A DNA stretch of 64,000 bases from Gemmatimonadales bacterium. Lineage in GTDB: Bacteria; Gemmatimonadota; Gemmatimonadetes; Gemmatimonadales; GWC2-71-9. Below, in pieces: positions 37,811-48,700 of this stretch. The first letter of the stretch is position 1. Every line of letters starts with the position of its first letter. Location of the stretch: the NCBI GenBank assembly GCA_041577295.1, contig JBFGJG010000003.1:32001-96000 (forward strand), read 5' to 3'. Under the pieces are notes generated by a model. That model did not search any database. It was not told the origin of the DNA and worked only from the letters and a program-made list of their open reading frames with translations. The position numbers were made by a program, and so were the translations under genes.

Positions 37811-38398
37811 AACACCTCTCCTCCTTCGAGGCTGGAATGACACGTACGACCGGCCTTACCGCCGGTCGGACGGGGAGGGAGCATCAAATTGCCGCTCATC
37901 GCGTGATGAGATCATGAGGGCTCGGCAACGATGTGAAGGCCTGTAAATAACGCGCTCAACGCCGGTTCGGCAACTGCTTGGGACCATCGGGCCGCCGCCC
38001 GCGCTCCCGTGGCCAAACAGGCGCCACCATGCCGAATGGGTAGTGGTCCGCGCCGGCCCGTACAGGCATAAGACCTTGCCATGTAACAACTTGAAATGCG
38101 TTGTGGACCATCAAGTAAGCCCGTTCAGGTATCCGAGCCCAGATAGCGGCCGCTCGCGACACTCGGCGGTTCGTCTGGCCAACGTCGTCGAAGAAGCGTA
38201 TCGTAAATGAAATGGCCTCTCGATGGGCCCTCCGAAGCAGGCCAATCCCGATTCGACCTCACCCTCCCCGATGTTGTGAGGCGCGAATCGATCGCAACGT
38301 CACATCGAGCAATCGCTCTGTCGCGTCTCGCTCCCACCACGCGTGCGCGTCGTGCTTTGCTCTCCATACCGGAACCCTCCAACCGGGATGGTTTTGCT

Positions 38399-38740
38399 AT
38401 GCGCCTGCCTACGCTGGCTCTTGGCTTCGCACTCGCTGGCTGTACTTCCATGTCGCCATCGCTCGTCGGCCGTTACTCGCTCTCGCCCGAAGCGATGCAT
38501 CGCAGTGGCGCACACGACTTGTACGACGCCGTGCGGCTGCTCCGGCCGGATTGGCTAGAGCCGTGCACGAGCGTCTACCGCGATGAGCGCTTCTGGGGTG
38601 GCACCGAGGCGTTGCACGAGTTCGTTCCCGAAGACGCCGTGGCCGTCAAGTACATTCCCAGCGGTCATCCTCGGCCGGGAGCCGGGCAGACGGCGCTCAA
38701 TACCTGCTCAGCAATCCAGGTGGTCACGGGCGGGCCATAA
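38399..38740 (+). CDS. Small lipoprotein consisting of a TonB-receptor plug-like domain only
   Basis: MRLPTLALGFALAGC lipobox; DLYDAVRLLRPDWL, VYRD...GGTEAL and AVKY...AIQVVT resemble plug elements. Confidence 0.65.
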   Translation: MRLPTLALGFALAGCTSMSPSLVGRYSLSPEAMHRSGAHDLYDAVRLLRPDWLEPCTSVYRDERFWGGTEALHEFVPEDAVAVKYIPSGHPRPGAGQTALNTCSAIQVVTGGP

Positions 38741-38766
38741 ACCTCCTTTCCTTTATAAGGGGACCT

Positions 38767-38797
38767 ACGGGGGAGGAGCTGGCCGCGCCTCCCCCGT
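38767..38797. terminator. Stem-loop between convergent genes, putative terminator
   Basis: ACGGGGGAGG / CCTCCCCCGT 10-bp stem with no clear U-tract. Confidence 0.5.
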
Positions 38798-38862
38798 GAT
38801 TCCGCTTCGCGCTCGGGTACCCGTCCTGCTCATCACCCGGGCGGTACATTCCCGCTCGAGCG

Positions 38863-40311
38863 CTACGGGTCGCGATCCAAACATTGGCTGAAGTTCGGGT
38901 TGTTCTGCTCGTCGAACGCGACTGGGAAGTTCACGTCCGGCCCATAGATCCCGCCCTTGAAGAACGGGCCCGTTGGGAAAACCGCTTCCGTGTCACGCCC
39001 GTACTGCCGCACCAAGCGTCTGAGATCGCTTAGCCGCTGGCCGGTGGCGAAGAGCCAGAACGCCCGCTCGCTGAAGTGGAGATCGACGCGTGCGTCGAAC
39101 GAGCCAGGATCGGCCAACGGATCGAGCTGCACGGCGGCACCCTCGAGTCCGAACCGATCTCGCAGCACGTCGAGATGGTCGCGGGTGAGCAGCGTCGCCA
39201 CATCCGAACGCAGATCGTTCAAGAGCTGCAACCACGTGGCATCGTCACCGGCTTGCAAGGCCGCTTCGGCTTCGATCAAGCGCGCTTCGATTCCGGTGCC
39301 GAGAATCGAAAGCTTATCGCGACCCGGATACTTCAGGAGATCGTACTGCGGGGTGATGCGATCGAAGCCGACATCGTTCCCGCCCGTTCGCTCCCAGGGC
39401 AGCCGGACGTCAAGAGCGCCACCAGGACTCCTGAAAGGCAGACCGTTCCCACCTTCCCCGTTCGAAATGGTCCACCGCTCGTTGATCACGTTGACGAAGT
39501 GGATGCCGTTTTCCTGTCTGGTGCTGTTGATCGAGTGATCGAGATTGAAGAGGAACGCCGTCGGCACCGCTGCTGCCGCTGCGCCGGCTTCAACGAAATC
39601 TCCCCGGTCTAGCAGGGTGCGCGCCGCGCCAAGTGCTGCGAGTCGCTCTTGCGCAATGTTCCCGGCAGCCGCTGCATCGGCGGCGGCGCTCGTAAAGCGA
39701 TCGAGCGCGAGCTGATAGATCTGGGCAGTGGTTTGTGGTTGCCCAAAGTCCAGCGTCGCACCGTCTGCCCTGCTGAACGGCACACCGGAACAGAAGTTCT
39801 CACCAAACGCCAGATACGTGTACCCTGCCAAGTTGTTCATCTGGGCCTTCTGGCGGAGGCTCGTTGCCGATGCCGGATCCACCGCGTTCTCGTCGATGAA
39901 GTCGACCGCTCGCTCGGCCGATCGCCGGGCGCGCTGCAGGTTGCGGAACAGCGTGGTCAGTTCGGAATTGCGAACGTCGATGGTCCGGGAGTCGATCTCG
40001 ATCCGGGTCGGGAAGGTTCCCGAGAGCTGCCATTCATCGCTGAACAACCCCGAGTGCATGACGATGCCGACAATCGGCGTCGCATCGCCGGTGTAGGCCA
40101 ACGAAAAGTCCCCCACCGCGCCCTGCACAATGGTGGGAATGGCCTCCGGCCCTTCGAGATCGTCCGGGAGAATGATATCCGGATCGACGGTATCGAGCGG
40201 ATTTTGACACGCCGCGACGGCGAAGATGGCAAGCGCCGCCAGACAGCGGCCGGGGAGGAGCCGGAAGCTCCTCCCATCCGCCGGTCGTGTGGTTCTCGTC
40301 AATATGTTCAT
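38863..40311 (-). CDS. susD: RagB/SusD family outer-membrane lipoprotein
   Basis: Lipobox VAAC; EARLIEAEAAL and ERAFWLFATGQRLSDLRR motifs; downstream of SusC. Confidence 0.9.
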   Translation of the reverse strand: MNILTRTTRPADGRSFRLLPGRCLAALAIFAVAACQNPLDTVDPDIILPDDLEGPEAIPTIVQGAVGDFSLAYTGDATPIVGIVMHSGLFSDEWQLSGTFPTRIEIDSRTIDVRNSELTTLFRNLQRARRSAERAVDFIDENAVDPASATSLRQKAQMNNLAGYTYLAFGENFCSGVPFSRADGATLDFGQPQTTAQIYQLALDRFTSAAADAAAAGNIAQERLAALGAARTLLDRGDFVEAGAAAAAVPTAFLFNLDHSINSTRQENGIHFVNVINERWTISNGEGGNGLPFRSPGGALDVRLPWERTGGNDVGFDRITPQYDLLKYPGRDKLSILGTGIEARLIEAEAALQAGDDATWLQLLNDLRSDVATLLTRDHLDVLRDRFGLEGAAVQLDPLADPGSFDARVDLHFSERAFWLFATGQRLSDLRRLVRQYGRDTEAVFPTGPFFKGGIYGPDVNFPVAFDEQNNPNFSQCLDRDP

Positions 40312-40330
40312 GGCTTCTCATTCTCCGTCA

Positions 40331-43300
40331 TCAGAAGGTCACGTTCAGACGCGCAGTCCAGTACCGGACCGGCGGCTGCGTGAGAAAGTCGGCCGTGCTG
40401 AAGTTGGCGTTCTGTGCCAGCGTCAGTTCTGGATCGACACCCGAGTAGTCCGTGATGGTAAAGAGGTTGCGGCCCGTCACTGTCAAACTCACACGGTCAC
40501 TCCGCAACCAACTCGCCCACATGTCTGGGAAGAAGAACGTCAGCGACGCTTCGCGCAGCTTCCAGAAGCTCGCATCCTCAATGAAGCCAGCGAAGGTCCC
40601 GCTGGGATGGAGCACTTGGGCAACCGTCGCTGCTTGCTTCTCGAAGTCCGAGAACGGAACCACCGCCTCCTCACAAAGGAAGAACGACGCGCAGCGGAAA
40701 CGTGCGGTGTGGTTCTGCAGTTTGTGTCCGCCCCGGTGATCCAGCAGCCCGGAAACACGAATTCGGTTCCACAACGTGACCGAGGTCTGGAACGATACCT
40801 CGCGCTTCGGAATGGGCGTCCCGAGGAAGACAGGTTCGTCACTCACTTCGATCTCGTCGAGACTGATGATACCATTCTCGTCGAGATCGCCGAGCAACGT
40901 GACCGAGTTCTGGAAGTACGCTCCGGCGGGGAACCCTTCCTCGTGCCGCTGGGCGTTGCCGCCCAAGCCAAAGATGATGGGCTCGACACCTTCGCCAAGT
41001 TCATTGATGCGGTTGTTGATCGTCGCACCCCTGAACGCCACGTCCCAGAGCACGTTTTGACTTTGAATCACCTGCGCTGTAATGGTGCCCTCGAATCCGC
41101 GATTGCGCACGGACGCGAGGTTCACGAACTGCTGCGAACCCGTGCCCAGTGACGGTGCGGTGTTGCGGTTCACCAAAGCGTCTTCGGTGGTCTTGTTATA
41201 GTAGGTGACGTCCAGACTCACCCGGTCGTTCAAGAACCCGGCATCAAACCCGACCTCGACCTCTTCAGACCGCTCGGGTTTGAGCTCCACGTTCCCTAGG
41301 GAGCTATCCGTGATGCCGACGACGTCGAGATCTCCGCTGGACACCGCGGTTGCTAGGAAGAACCGGACAGCGGCGTTCTGCGTGGGCTGCACGCCTGTCT
41401 GTCCCCATGCACCGCGCAGACGGAGCGAGCTGAGGAAACTTCCCTGGGGGAAGAACGGCTCCTCGCCTACGACCCACGAGAGACTGGCCTTGGGGTAAGC
41501 CACCAGGTCGAAGTCTTCTCCAAAGGCGTTGTTGTCGTCTATACGCAATCCACCGGTCACGAACACGCGGTCGTTGAGCGAGAACTGCTGCTCGCCAAAC
41601 ACACCAAGTGTCGTGTTTTCCGCTGTCCCTTCGAACGCGGACGTGATGACCGCTGACGCTAGTGAACTACTACCCGCCGGTAGCCGCTCGCCGAACGCGA
41701 ATGTGCCCTCGGTGATGTTTTGGAAGAACTGGAATCCCAGCGATGAGCGGGAACTAAGCGCGTCGGACAAGCGGGCCGTGGCGGTGGCACCGATGTCCGC
41801 CGTGTATTGATAGATGTTAATGCGATTCGAGTTTCGGACCCCATCAATCCGATTGGCAAACGGCACTTCGCCGGTCGGAGAGAAGTCGTTATCGAACTGG
41901 TTGGTCAGATCGAGCCCGAAGGCGCTCCGGGTCGTGAGCCAGCTGAAGGGCTGCCAGTTGCTCTGGAGGCTGCCGGTAAACCGCTCGATGTTCTGTTTGG
42001 CCTGGATTGCGAAAACCTGATCGGGCGTGAAGAATCCGTAGCCGGTTTCGGGCGTAGAGCCGCCAAAGAACCCGCTCGGCAGGATCCCCAACACGTTATT
42101 GTCGTTCTGCGGAAGTCTGAGATCGCTCGACACGAAGCCGACGGAAACGGACCAATCGGCATTCGGCAGAACTTGGGAGCGCAGGTTGGCACGCAGGCTC
42201 ACGCGCTCGAGCTCGTTGGGACGGACCAGACTGCCCGGAATCTCACCCCGTTCGGAGACCACACGTGCCTCGGTGGTATCCGGAAGACGCAGCGTGCCGA
42301 GCTCGCGCTCGAACTCGCCGGACAGGAAATAGCTCAGTCGGTCGGTACCGCCGGAGACATTTAGCCCAATTTGCTGGCGGTTGCCAACGCCGATGGGGCT
42401 AGCGTCTTTATCGTCGAGGACGTCGAACGACTGAATCTCACCCTGTGTGCAGAGATTGAGCGTCACGAACACCAGGGGACAGCCGTTTGCATCACCGAAG
42501 TTCGACGGATAATCTGTCGGGTCGTCCAGGAGACCACCTTCAACGTAGAAATTCCAACGTGGCTCGCCCGCCCTGCCCCGTTTGGTGGTGATCAGGATGA
42601 CGCCGTTTGCCGCTTCAGTCCCGTACAGTGTGGCAGCCGAGGGGCCTTTGATCACCTCGATTGACTCGATCTCCTCCGGATTGATGTCGTTGATGCGGGA
42701 CGGTTGTTGACCGCCGACGCTGATCGACGCCGTACCAAAGGACGCCGCAGTGTTGTCGATCCGTATGCCGTCGACATAGAGGAGCGGTTCATTGGACAAC
42801 GAAAGGCTGTTGGCTCCACGCACGCGGACGCGCGTCCCCGTGCCCGTCGTGCCACTGCTGGGGTTGACGATGACTCCTGGGGCCCTGGAGCTGAGGAGAT
42901 CTGAGAAGTTCGTGATTGCGCCCGTCTCGACTTCCTTGAGAGCATCGATCTTTGCGATGTTGTTCGCGACTTCCCGTTGCCGCCGCTCGCCAGTCGCTGT
43001 CACGACGATCTGGTCCAGGACCACGGCCGACGCATCGAGTGCAAAGTCAGCCGTCGCGGTTTGTCCGACAGATACGTTCACTGTCACGTTCTGTGGCGCG
43101 TAGCCGATGCGAACGACCCGCACCTCCACCTGCCCTATTGGAACCGCCTGAAACGAGAAGGTCCCGTCTTGACTGGTCGTGATCTGCCGAGTGGTTCCGA
43201 CCAGGATGACGCGAGCGCCGGCAATGGGCTGCCCCGTTATCTGTTCGATCACTCGGCCGCTCACGCTCCCGGTCGCTTGCGCTTGGGCGCGCTCAGGTGC

Positions 43301-43360
43301 TGCAAACAGCAGCCCCACGAAGGAAAGCGCGCTCAGCACTCTCACGAGTCGTGTACTCAT
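40331..43360 (-). CDS. susC: SusC/RagA TonB-dependent transporter
   Basis: Plug signature DINPEEIESIEVIKGPSAATLYGTEAANGVILITTK; C-terminal Phe. Confidence 0.93.
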   Translation of the reverse strand: MSTRLVRVLSALSFVGLLFAAPERAQAQATGSVSGRVIEQITGQPIAGARVILVGTTRQITTSQDGTFSFQAVPIGQVEVRVVRIGYAPQNVTVNVSVGQTATADFALDASAVVLDQIVVTATGERRQREVANNIAKIDALKEVETGAITNFSDLLSSRAPGVIVNPSSGTTGTGTRVRVRGANSLSLSNEPLLYVDGIRIDNTAASFGTASISVGGQQPSRINDINPEEIESIEVIKGPSAATLYGTEAANGVILITTKRGRAGEPRWNFYVEGGLLDDPTDYPSNFGDANGCPLVFVTLNLCTQGEIQSFDVLDDKDASPIGVGNRQQIGLNVSGGTDRLSYFLSGEFERELGTLRLPDTTEARVVSERGEIPGSLVRPNELERVSLRANLRSQVLPNADWSVSVGFVSSDLRLPQNDNNVLGILPSGFFGGSTPETGYGFFTPDQVFAIQAKQNIERFTGSLQSNWQPFSWLTTRSAFGLDLTNQFDNDFSPTGEVPFANRIDGVRNSNRINIYQYTADIGATATARLSDALSSRSSLGFQFFQNITEGTFAFGERLPAGSSSLASAVITSAFEGTAENTTLGVFGEQQFSLNDRVFVTGGLRIDDNNAFGEDFDLVAYPKASLSWVVGEEPFFPQGSFLSSLRLRGAWGQTGVQPTQNAAVRFFLATAVSSGDLDVVGITDSSLGNVELKPERSEEVEVGFDAGFLNDRVSLDVTYYNKTTEDALVNRNTAPSLGTGSQQFVNLASVRNRGFEGTITAQVIQSQNVLWDVAFRGATINNRINELGEGVEPIIFGLGGNAQRHEEGFPAGAYFQNSVTLLGDLDENGIISLDEIEVSDEPVFLGTPIPKREVSFQTSVTLWNRIRVSGLLDHRGGHKLQNHTARFRCASFFLCEEAVVPFSDFEKQAATVAQVLHPSGTFAGFIEDASFWKLREASLTFFFPDMWASWLRSDRVSLTVTGRNLFTITDYSGVDPELTLAQNANFSTADFLTQPPVRYWTARLNVTF

Positions 43361-43838
43361 TGTTGGTCTACCTCTGGATAGATGGTTGCATGCTCAACAT
43401 CACGTCCTCCGAACGAAGTTCATGGTTCCATGAGCTACCTCCCCAGCTCGAGAGTAGTTCGAGCACGATGCACACATATCCCGTGATCACATTCGACCAC
43501 GGCAGAGCCAGTGTCTTTTGCTTGATCCAGCGGAGCGTACGTGGGGAGGGACGTCCCGAATGGGTTGCACTCGGGGAGCACGCGCTGTTCCCGCTACCTC
43601 ATCACTTCAGTTTTCCACGAACAACGCTAAGCCGACAAAACAGGGTCGATCGCACCTCTCGGTTCGAGATTCCTGCAAGGTTGTGTCGTCCGGGCCGCCC
43701 GCCAAGAAGAGGGTGACCGCAGCCCGCCGCATTGACGACTTGTCGTGCTTATCAGCCTGCTAACACCTCGCGCGAATCAAGGTTCCCAGTTCGTTCTATC
43801 CGTTACGCCGTGAAACGAGCACGCGCGTTGGTGCGTGG

Positions 43839-44664
43839 TCACCTCGTCCACAACACGATCACCCCACATGATGCCCCACGCATTCGGAAACGCGAGGGGA
43901 CTTCCGCTGTGCCACGATAGACTTCAACGCCAGCGAGGTCGCCCTCGTTGACCTGCGTATCGACATCGACGGCACCGAACGTCCCGAGGTACATGCCATC
44001 GAGAAACAGCAACGGGTCGCAGCCAACCAAGGGACTCCGGACCAACTCCACGATATACCGACGCGTGTCGCGGGCGGAGAACGGATTGGGACGCTGTCCG
44101 TACATTGGGTTGGGGCGAACCCGCACTCCCGGAAGACGTCGCAACACGTCCGTGAACACGTGAGGATTCCACTGCTCCAACTGTTGTCGCTCTACGAAGA
44201 GGCCGGCCTCTCCGAGCCGACGCTCGTAAAACCCCGACCGGCTGAGACTCGCCTCCCATGCCTCACCTTCGACGGTGACCCCGGTGAGAGCCACCGGCAC
44301 CGGTTGCATGACGATGACTCCGGCCTCGATCACGACGTGCTCGTTGCGTCGCAGCTCGATCTCCACTTCGAGCGGTCCGTATCCCAAGCGACGAACCGTG
44401 AGCACGAGCAACCCAGGCATTACGTCGGTGAACGTGAACCGACCTCGTTCATCTGTGCGTGTCGTCACCTTGGTCGCGACGATCTCGAGGACGGCGCCGG
44501 GCACTGGTTCTCCGTCGCGCGACGTTACCGTGCCCTCCACCACCCCCGCATCGCGCCGTTGAGCCCCCCACACGGTGGATGTGAACAGCGAAGTGACCAC
44601 GACCCATACCGTGAGCCGTTGCAATACCGCCGTGCCTCGCGGAGCCCTTTGAGATCGACGCATG
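43839..44664 (-). CDS. Carboxypeptidase-regulatory-like domain plus plug domain, no beta-barrel
   Basis: GTVT...GEPVPGA...TDERGRF...RRLGY, then GFYERR, PLLFLDG, GVEVYRG and CGVIVLWTR followed by stop. Start position uncertain. Confidence 0.72.
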
Positions 44665-44836
44665 CACAGTCCTCTCATTCTGGAGGGCAGAGCGTCTTGC
44701 GGACTCGCGACGGCGCACGCACGATGGTCGAGTACCGCCTCACCGCGATACATTTGGATTGCTTGGGGCCGTTACCGGCGTGTGGGCGCCGGCGTTATCA
44801 ACTGCGTTATCACCTACTCGAAAGGTCTTCGAGCCG

Positions 44837-45676
44837 ATGCGTCTCGCTCTCGCTCAACTCTCCGCGACACGCGACCACCATGCCAATGTCGACCGGGCGT
44901 TGGACGCGATGGAACGTGCGCACGATGCTGGCGCCGATCTGATTGCCTTTCCGGAGCTGGCTGTAGACCGTTTCTTCCCGCAACATCCGACCGATACTAC
45001 CGCCCACCAGCGCGCCGAGCCGATCCCGGGACCTACGGCAGACTGCATTGCCGAGCGGGCCCGTTCGCTGGACCTCGTGACCGTATTCAACATGTATGAG
45101 GTCGACCATCATGGGCGCCGTTTCGACAGTTCCCCTGTGTTTGACGCCGACGGCACGCTGCTGGGTGTCACTCGCATGGTGCACATTACCGAGTACGCGT
45201 GCTTTCACGAACAAGCGTACTACGATCCCGGTGATCGTGGAGCGCCCGTGTACCACACGGCGGCTGGCAGAGTTGGGGTCGCGATTTGTTACGACCGGCA
45301 CTATCCCGAGTATATGCGGGCGCTGGGTCTCGCTGGCGCTGAGCTGGTGGTGATTCCACAGGCAGGAGCGCTCGATGAGTGGCCGGAGGGTCTCTTTGAG
45401 GCTGAAGTCCGAACGGCAGCGTTTCAAAACGGCTATTTCGCCGCGTTGTGCAATCGGGTGGGGGAGGAGGAACGGCTCACGTTTGCCGGTGAGTCCTTCG
45501 TCGTCGATCCGCGGGGTCAGGTCATTGCACGCGGTAAACGTCTAGCGGATGATCTCGTGCTTGCGACGCTCGACCTTGCGGAGTGTGCCACCTCACCCGC
45601 ACGGACGCTGTTTTGGCGAGATAGGCGACCGGAGTGCTACGGGGAGTGGGGGCTAGTAGGGAGTAGCGAGTTTTGA
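44837..45676 (+). CDS. Carbon-nitrogen hydrolase (nitrilase superfamily; N-carbamoylputrescine amidase / beta-ureidopropionase-like)
   Basis: Read directly on the + strand (ATG CGT CTC GCT at 44837, TGA at 45674-45676); the ORF track strand label is wrong. FPEL, ICYDRHYPE and NRVGEE motifs. Confidence 0.88.
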   Translation: MRLALAQLSATRDHHANVDRALDAMERAHDAGADLIAFPELAVDRFFPQHPTDTTAHQRAEPIPGPTADCIAERARSLDLVTVFNMYEVDHHGRRFDSSPVFDADGTLLGVTRMVHITEYACFHEQAYYDPGDRGAPVYHTAAGRVGVAICYDRHYPEYMRALGLAGAELVVIPQAGALDEWPEGLFEAEVRTAAFQNGYFAALCNRVGEEERLTFAGESFVVDPRGQVIARGKRLADDLVLATLDLAECATSPARTLFWRDRRPECYGEWGLVGSSEF

Positions 45677-45703
45677 CACCACTCACCACTCCCCAACTCG
45701 CTT
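45641..45703. repeat. Inverted heptamer-repeat element (GGAGTAG-like / ACCACTC-like)
   Basis: AGTAGGG AGTAGCG AGT followed by ACCACTC ACCACTC CCCAACTC, at a convergent gene junction. Confidence 0.5.
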
Positions 45704-48700
45704 CACACGATCGCTGGCTCAGGTGTTCGATGCTCGTCCGTTCGAGGGGGCGCGTCGTGCGGCACTTCGATATGCGGCACCCGCTTGAAGTGCTTCGCCA
45801 TCCAGTCGTCGAGATCGTCCAGTAGGGAGTACATGACGGGCACAAGCAGCAACGTCAAGAACGTGGCAAAGGTGAGCCCCGCGATCACGGCTATCGCCAT
45901 CGGGCCCCACCACGCGGCCTGCTCTCCACCCCAATACGGATCCGGGTTCAGCGAACTGTAGAGTCCAAAGAAATCGAAGTTGAGCCCTATGGCCAACGGC
46001 ACCAACCCAAGCACCGTGGTGATGGCCGTGAGAATGACCGGGCGAAACCTCGTCACACCGCCCCGTACCAACGCCTCTCGCCTGGAGAGTCCATCGCGAA
46101 AACGCAGCTGATCGACATAATCGATCAACACGATCGCGTTGTTGACCACCACCCCTGCAAGGCTAATCACGCCCACGCCGGTCATGATGATGCCGAAGGG
46201 CATCCGGAAGACCATCAACCCAATGAGGACGCCGATCGTGGAAAGCACCACGGAGCTGAGAATGATCAGCGGTTTCGTGACGGAATCAAACTGCGTCACG
46301 AGGATGAACCCAATCAGGAACACCGCCGTGAAAAACGCGCCCAACAGGAACGCCTGCGACTCCTCTTGCTCCTGTTGCTCCCCCGTGTAGGCCATGGTGT
46401 AGCCGGCCGGAAGGGTTTGTTGAAGCGCGGCCAGCTCTGTCTGAACTTCGGCGAGAACTGCGTTGCCGTTGAAACCGGGACGCACATCGGACGAGATCGT
46501 GACGACTTTACTCAAGTCTTTGCGCCTGACGTCCGCGAACCCCTCGCCGACATGCCAGTTCGCTACCGACAACAACGGAATCTGTTGGCCTTGTTCATTT
46601 ACGACCGTGAGATCACCGAGAGCGCCGAGGTTGTTACGATACGCGCGCGCGAGGCGCACGGTGATGTCGTACTCGTCCCTGCCGTCACGATAGGTGGAAG
46701 CTTCAGTTCCATTGATAGCACTCCGCACGGTAAACCCAACATCTCGGGTGTTGAGCCCGTAAAGGGCGGCGCGCTCTCGATCGACGTCCACAATCAGCTC
46801 CGGTCTGCCATCGGACATGTCGCTTTCGAGGCCATCGAGCTTGGCAAACACCGGGGATCGCTCGAGCGTGGCGACGACTTCGTCGCCAAGTCGCTTCAAT
46901 GTTTCAACGTCATCTCCCACGATCTCGATACTGACTGGAAGCCCGGTCGGTGGACCCGGCTGGATCACGTCGACCGAAATTTCGGCGCCGGCAATCTCAT
47001 TGATCAGGCTCGCACGCAATCGGTCGAGCAGTTCGCTAGCCGGGATGGTCTGATCTTGGAAGTCGACAAACGTCACGGCGACCGTGGCCAAATGCGTACC
47101 GCGCCCACCGCCAAAATCATTGCTGACGGCTTGGCCAACGGTCGTCACGACGGACTTGAAGTTCCGCCGCTCGTCTTCCGAGAGATTTGCGACAACCTGT
47201 TCGACACGCTCCGCGATGGCATCGGTCTGCTCCACTCGAGTACCGATCGGTCCCTCCACCTGCACGTAAGCGGTCGGGGGTGGAATGTCCTCGGGAAACA
47301 ATTCAATCCCTGCGTTGAGCATGCCAAACGTCGCGACGGCGATCACGAGGCTTGCACCGGCCCCGGCGAGGACCCGGAGCCGATGACGCAACGCGGAGCG
47401 GAGCACGCGCTCGTAGCGACGCAGAACAGTGGGAAGACCCTTGTGAATGAACCAGTGGCCAAACGGTGCCGTGGCGTGACGATGGACGTAGAACAGCACG
47501 ACTGCCGTGATCGCCAGCAGCACAGTGGCTAGCCAGCTCGTCACGAGACCGACAAGCACGGCCACGACGATTGCCGCGGTCATCAATTTCTTTGCGGCCG
47601 GCGTGAATTCTTGCTTTGGTCCCGTCTCGGGATCGAGCCACAGGGAACACAGCACCGGGTTGATCACCAAACCAACGAACAAGGACGAGCTCAGGGTGAT
47701 GATGAGGGTCAAAGGCAAGAACTTCATGAACTCGCCGATGATGCCCGGCCAGAACGCCATGGGGGCAAACGCTGCAAGCGTGGTGGCGGTGGACGCAATA
47801 ATGGGCATCGCCACCTCGCCTGTCCCGAGCTTGGCGGCGGTCGTGCGATCGTGGCCCTCCTCGCGGTATCGGTAGATGTTCTCGACGACCACGATCCCGT
47901 TGTCGACGAGCATGCCCAACGCGAGAATGAGGCTGAATAGCACCACGATGTTCATGGTGAAGCCGAGCAGCTGCATGATGCTGAACGAAATCAGCATGGA
48001 GAGCGGTATCGCGATGCCGACGAACGATGCTGTCTGCACGCCGAGGAAGAAGAGTAAGACACCCACCACGAGAATGAGCCCGGAGATGATATTGTTTTCG
48101 AGACTGCTCACCATCTCGTTGATGTCCTCGGACTGATCCGACGTGATCTTGACGATGGTTCCCGGAGGAAACGTCGGCGCGGCCGCAGCAATGGCTTCCC
48201 GCACTTCGTCCGCGGTCGCGATGATGTTCTCGCCGCTTCGTTTGGACACGGAGAGCGTTACCACCGGTTTACCATCGAGGCGTGCGAAGCTGTCGCGTTC
48301 CTTGAATCCGAAGTCGACGTTGGCCACGTCGCGCAGATAGATCGGCCGGCCACTGCGGGTCACGAGGACGACGTCGGCGATTGGGGCCGTGGCCTCGAAC
48401 TCACCCGGAACTCGAACGAGATACTTCACATTGCCGACGTCAATCGTTCCACCCGGGACCGTGACGTTCTCGTTGCGAATGGCGTCGATCACGTCGTCGA
48501 ATGCGAGATCGTAGAACTTGAGCTTGGCGAGGTCGACGTCGACTTGCACCTCGCGCTCCAGTCCGCCAGCAAGTGAAACCTGCAGGACACTGGGGATGAG
48601 CTCGATACGGTCCTGCAGGTCTTCCGCCACCTCCCGCAGCCGCACGAGATCGTAGTCGCCGGCAACGTTGACCTGCATGATGGGAAACTCCGAGATGTTG

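Noticed and set aside
40840..40900. EF-hand-like DLDENGIISLDE in the second SusC
   Set aside because: DxDxNG-type loops are common in SusC proteins and are not unusual.
44759..45676. ORF track entry labelled minus strand
   Set aside because: The listed protein reads on the + strand (TTG at 44759, ATG at 44837, TGA ending 45676), so it is annotated as + here.
4268..47532. Long alternative-frame or antisense ORFs (e.g. 4268..5230, 22462..23415, 30876..31829, 30985..32022, 40226..41152, 46366..47532)
   Set aside because: These are shadow ORFs expected in high-GC coding DNA. They lie within well-supported genes and show no family motifs.
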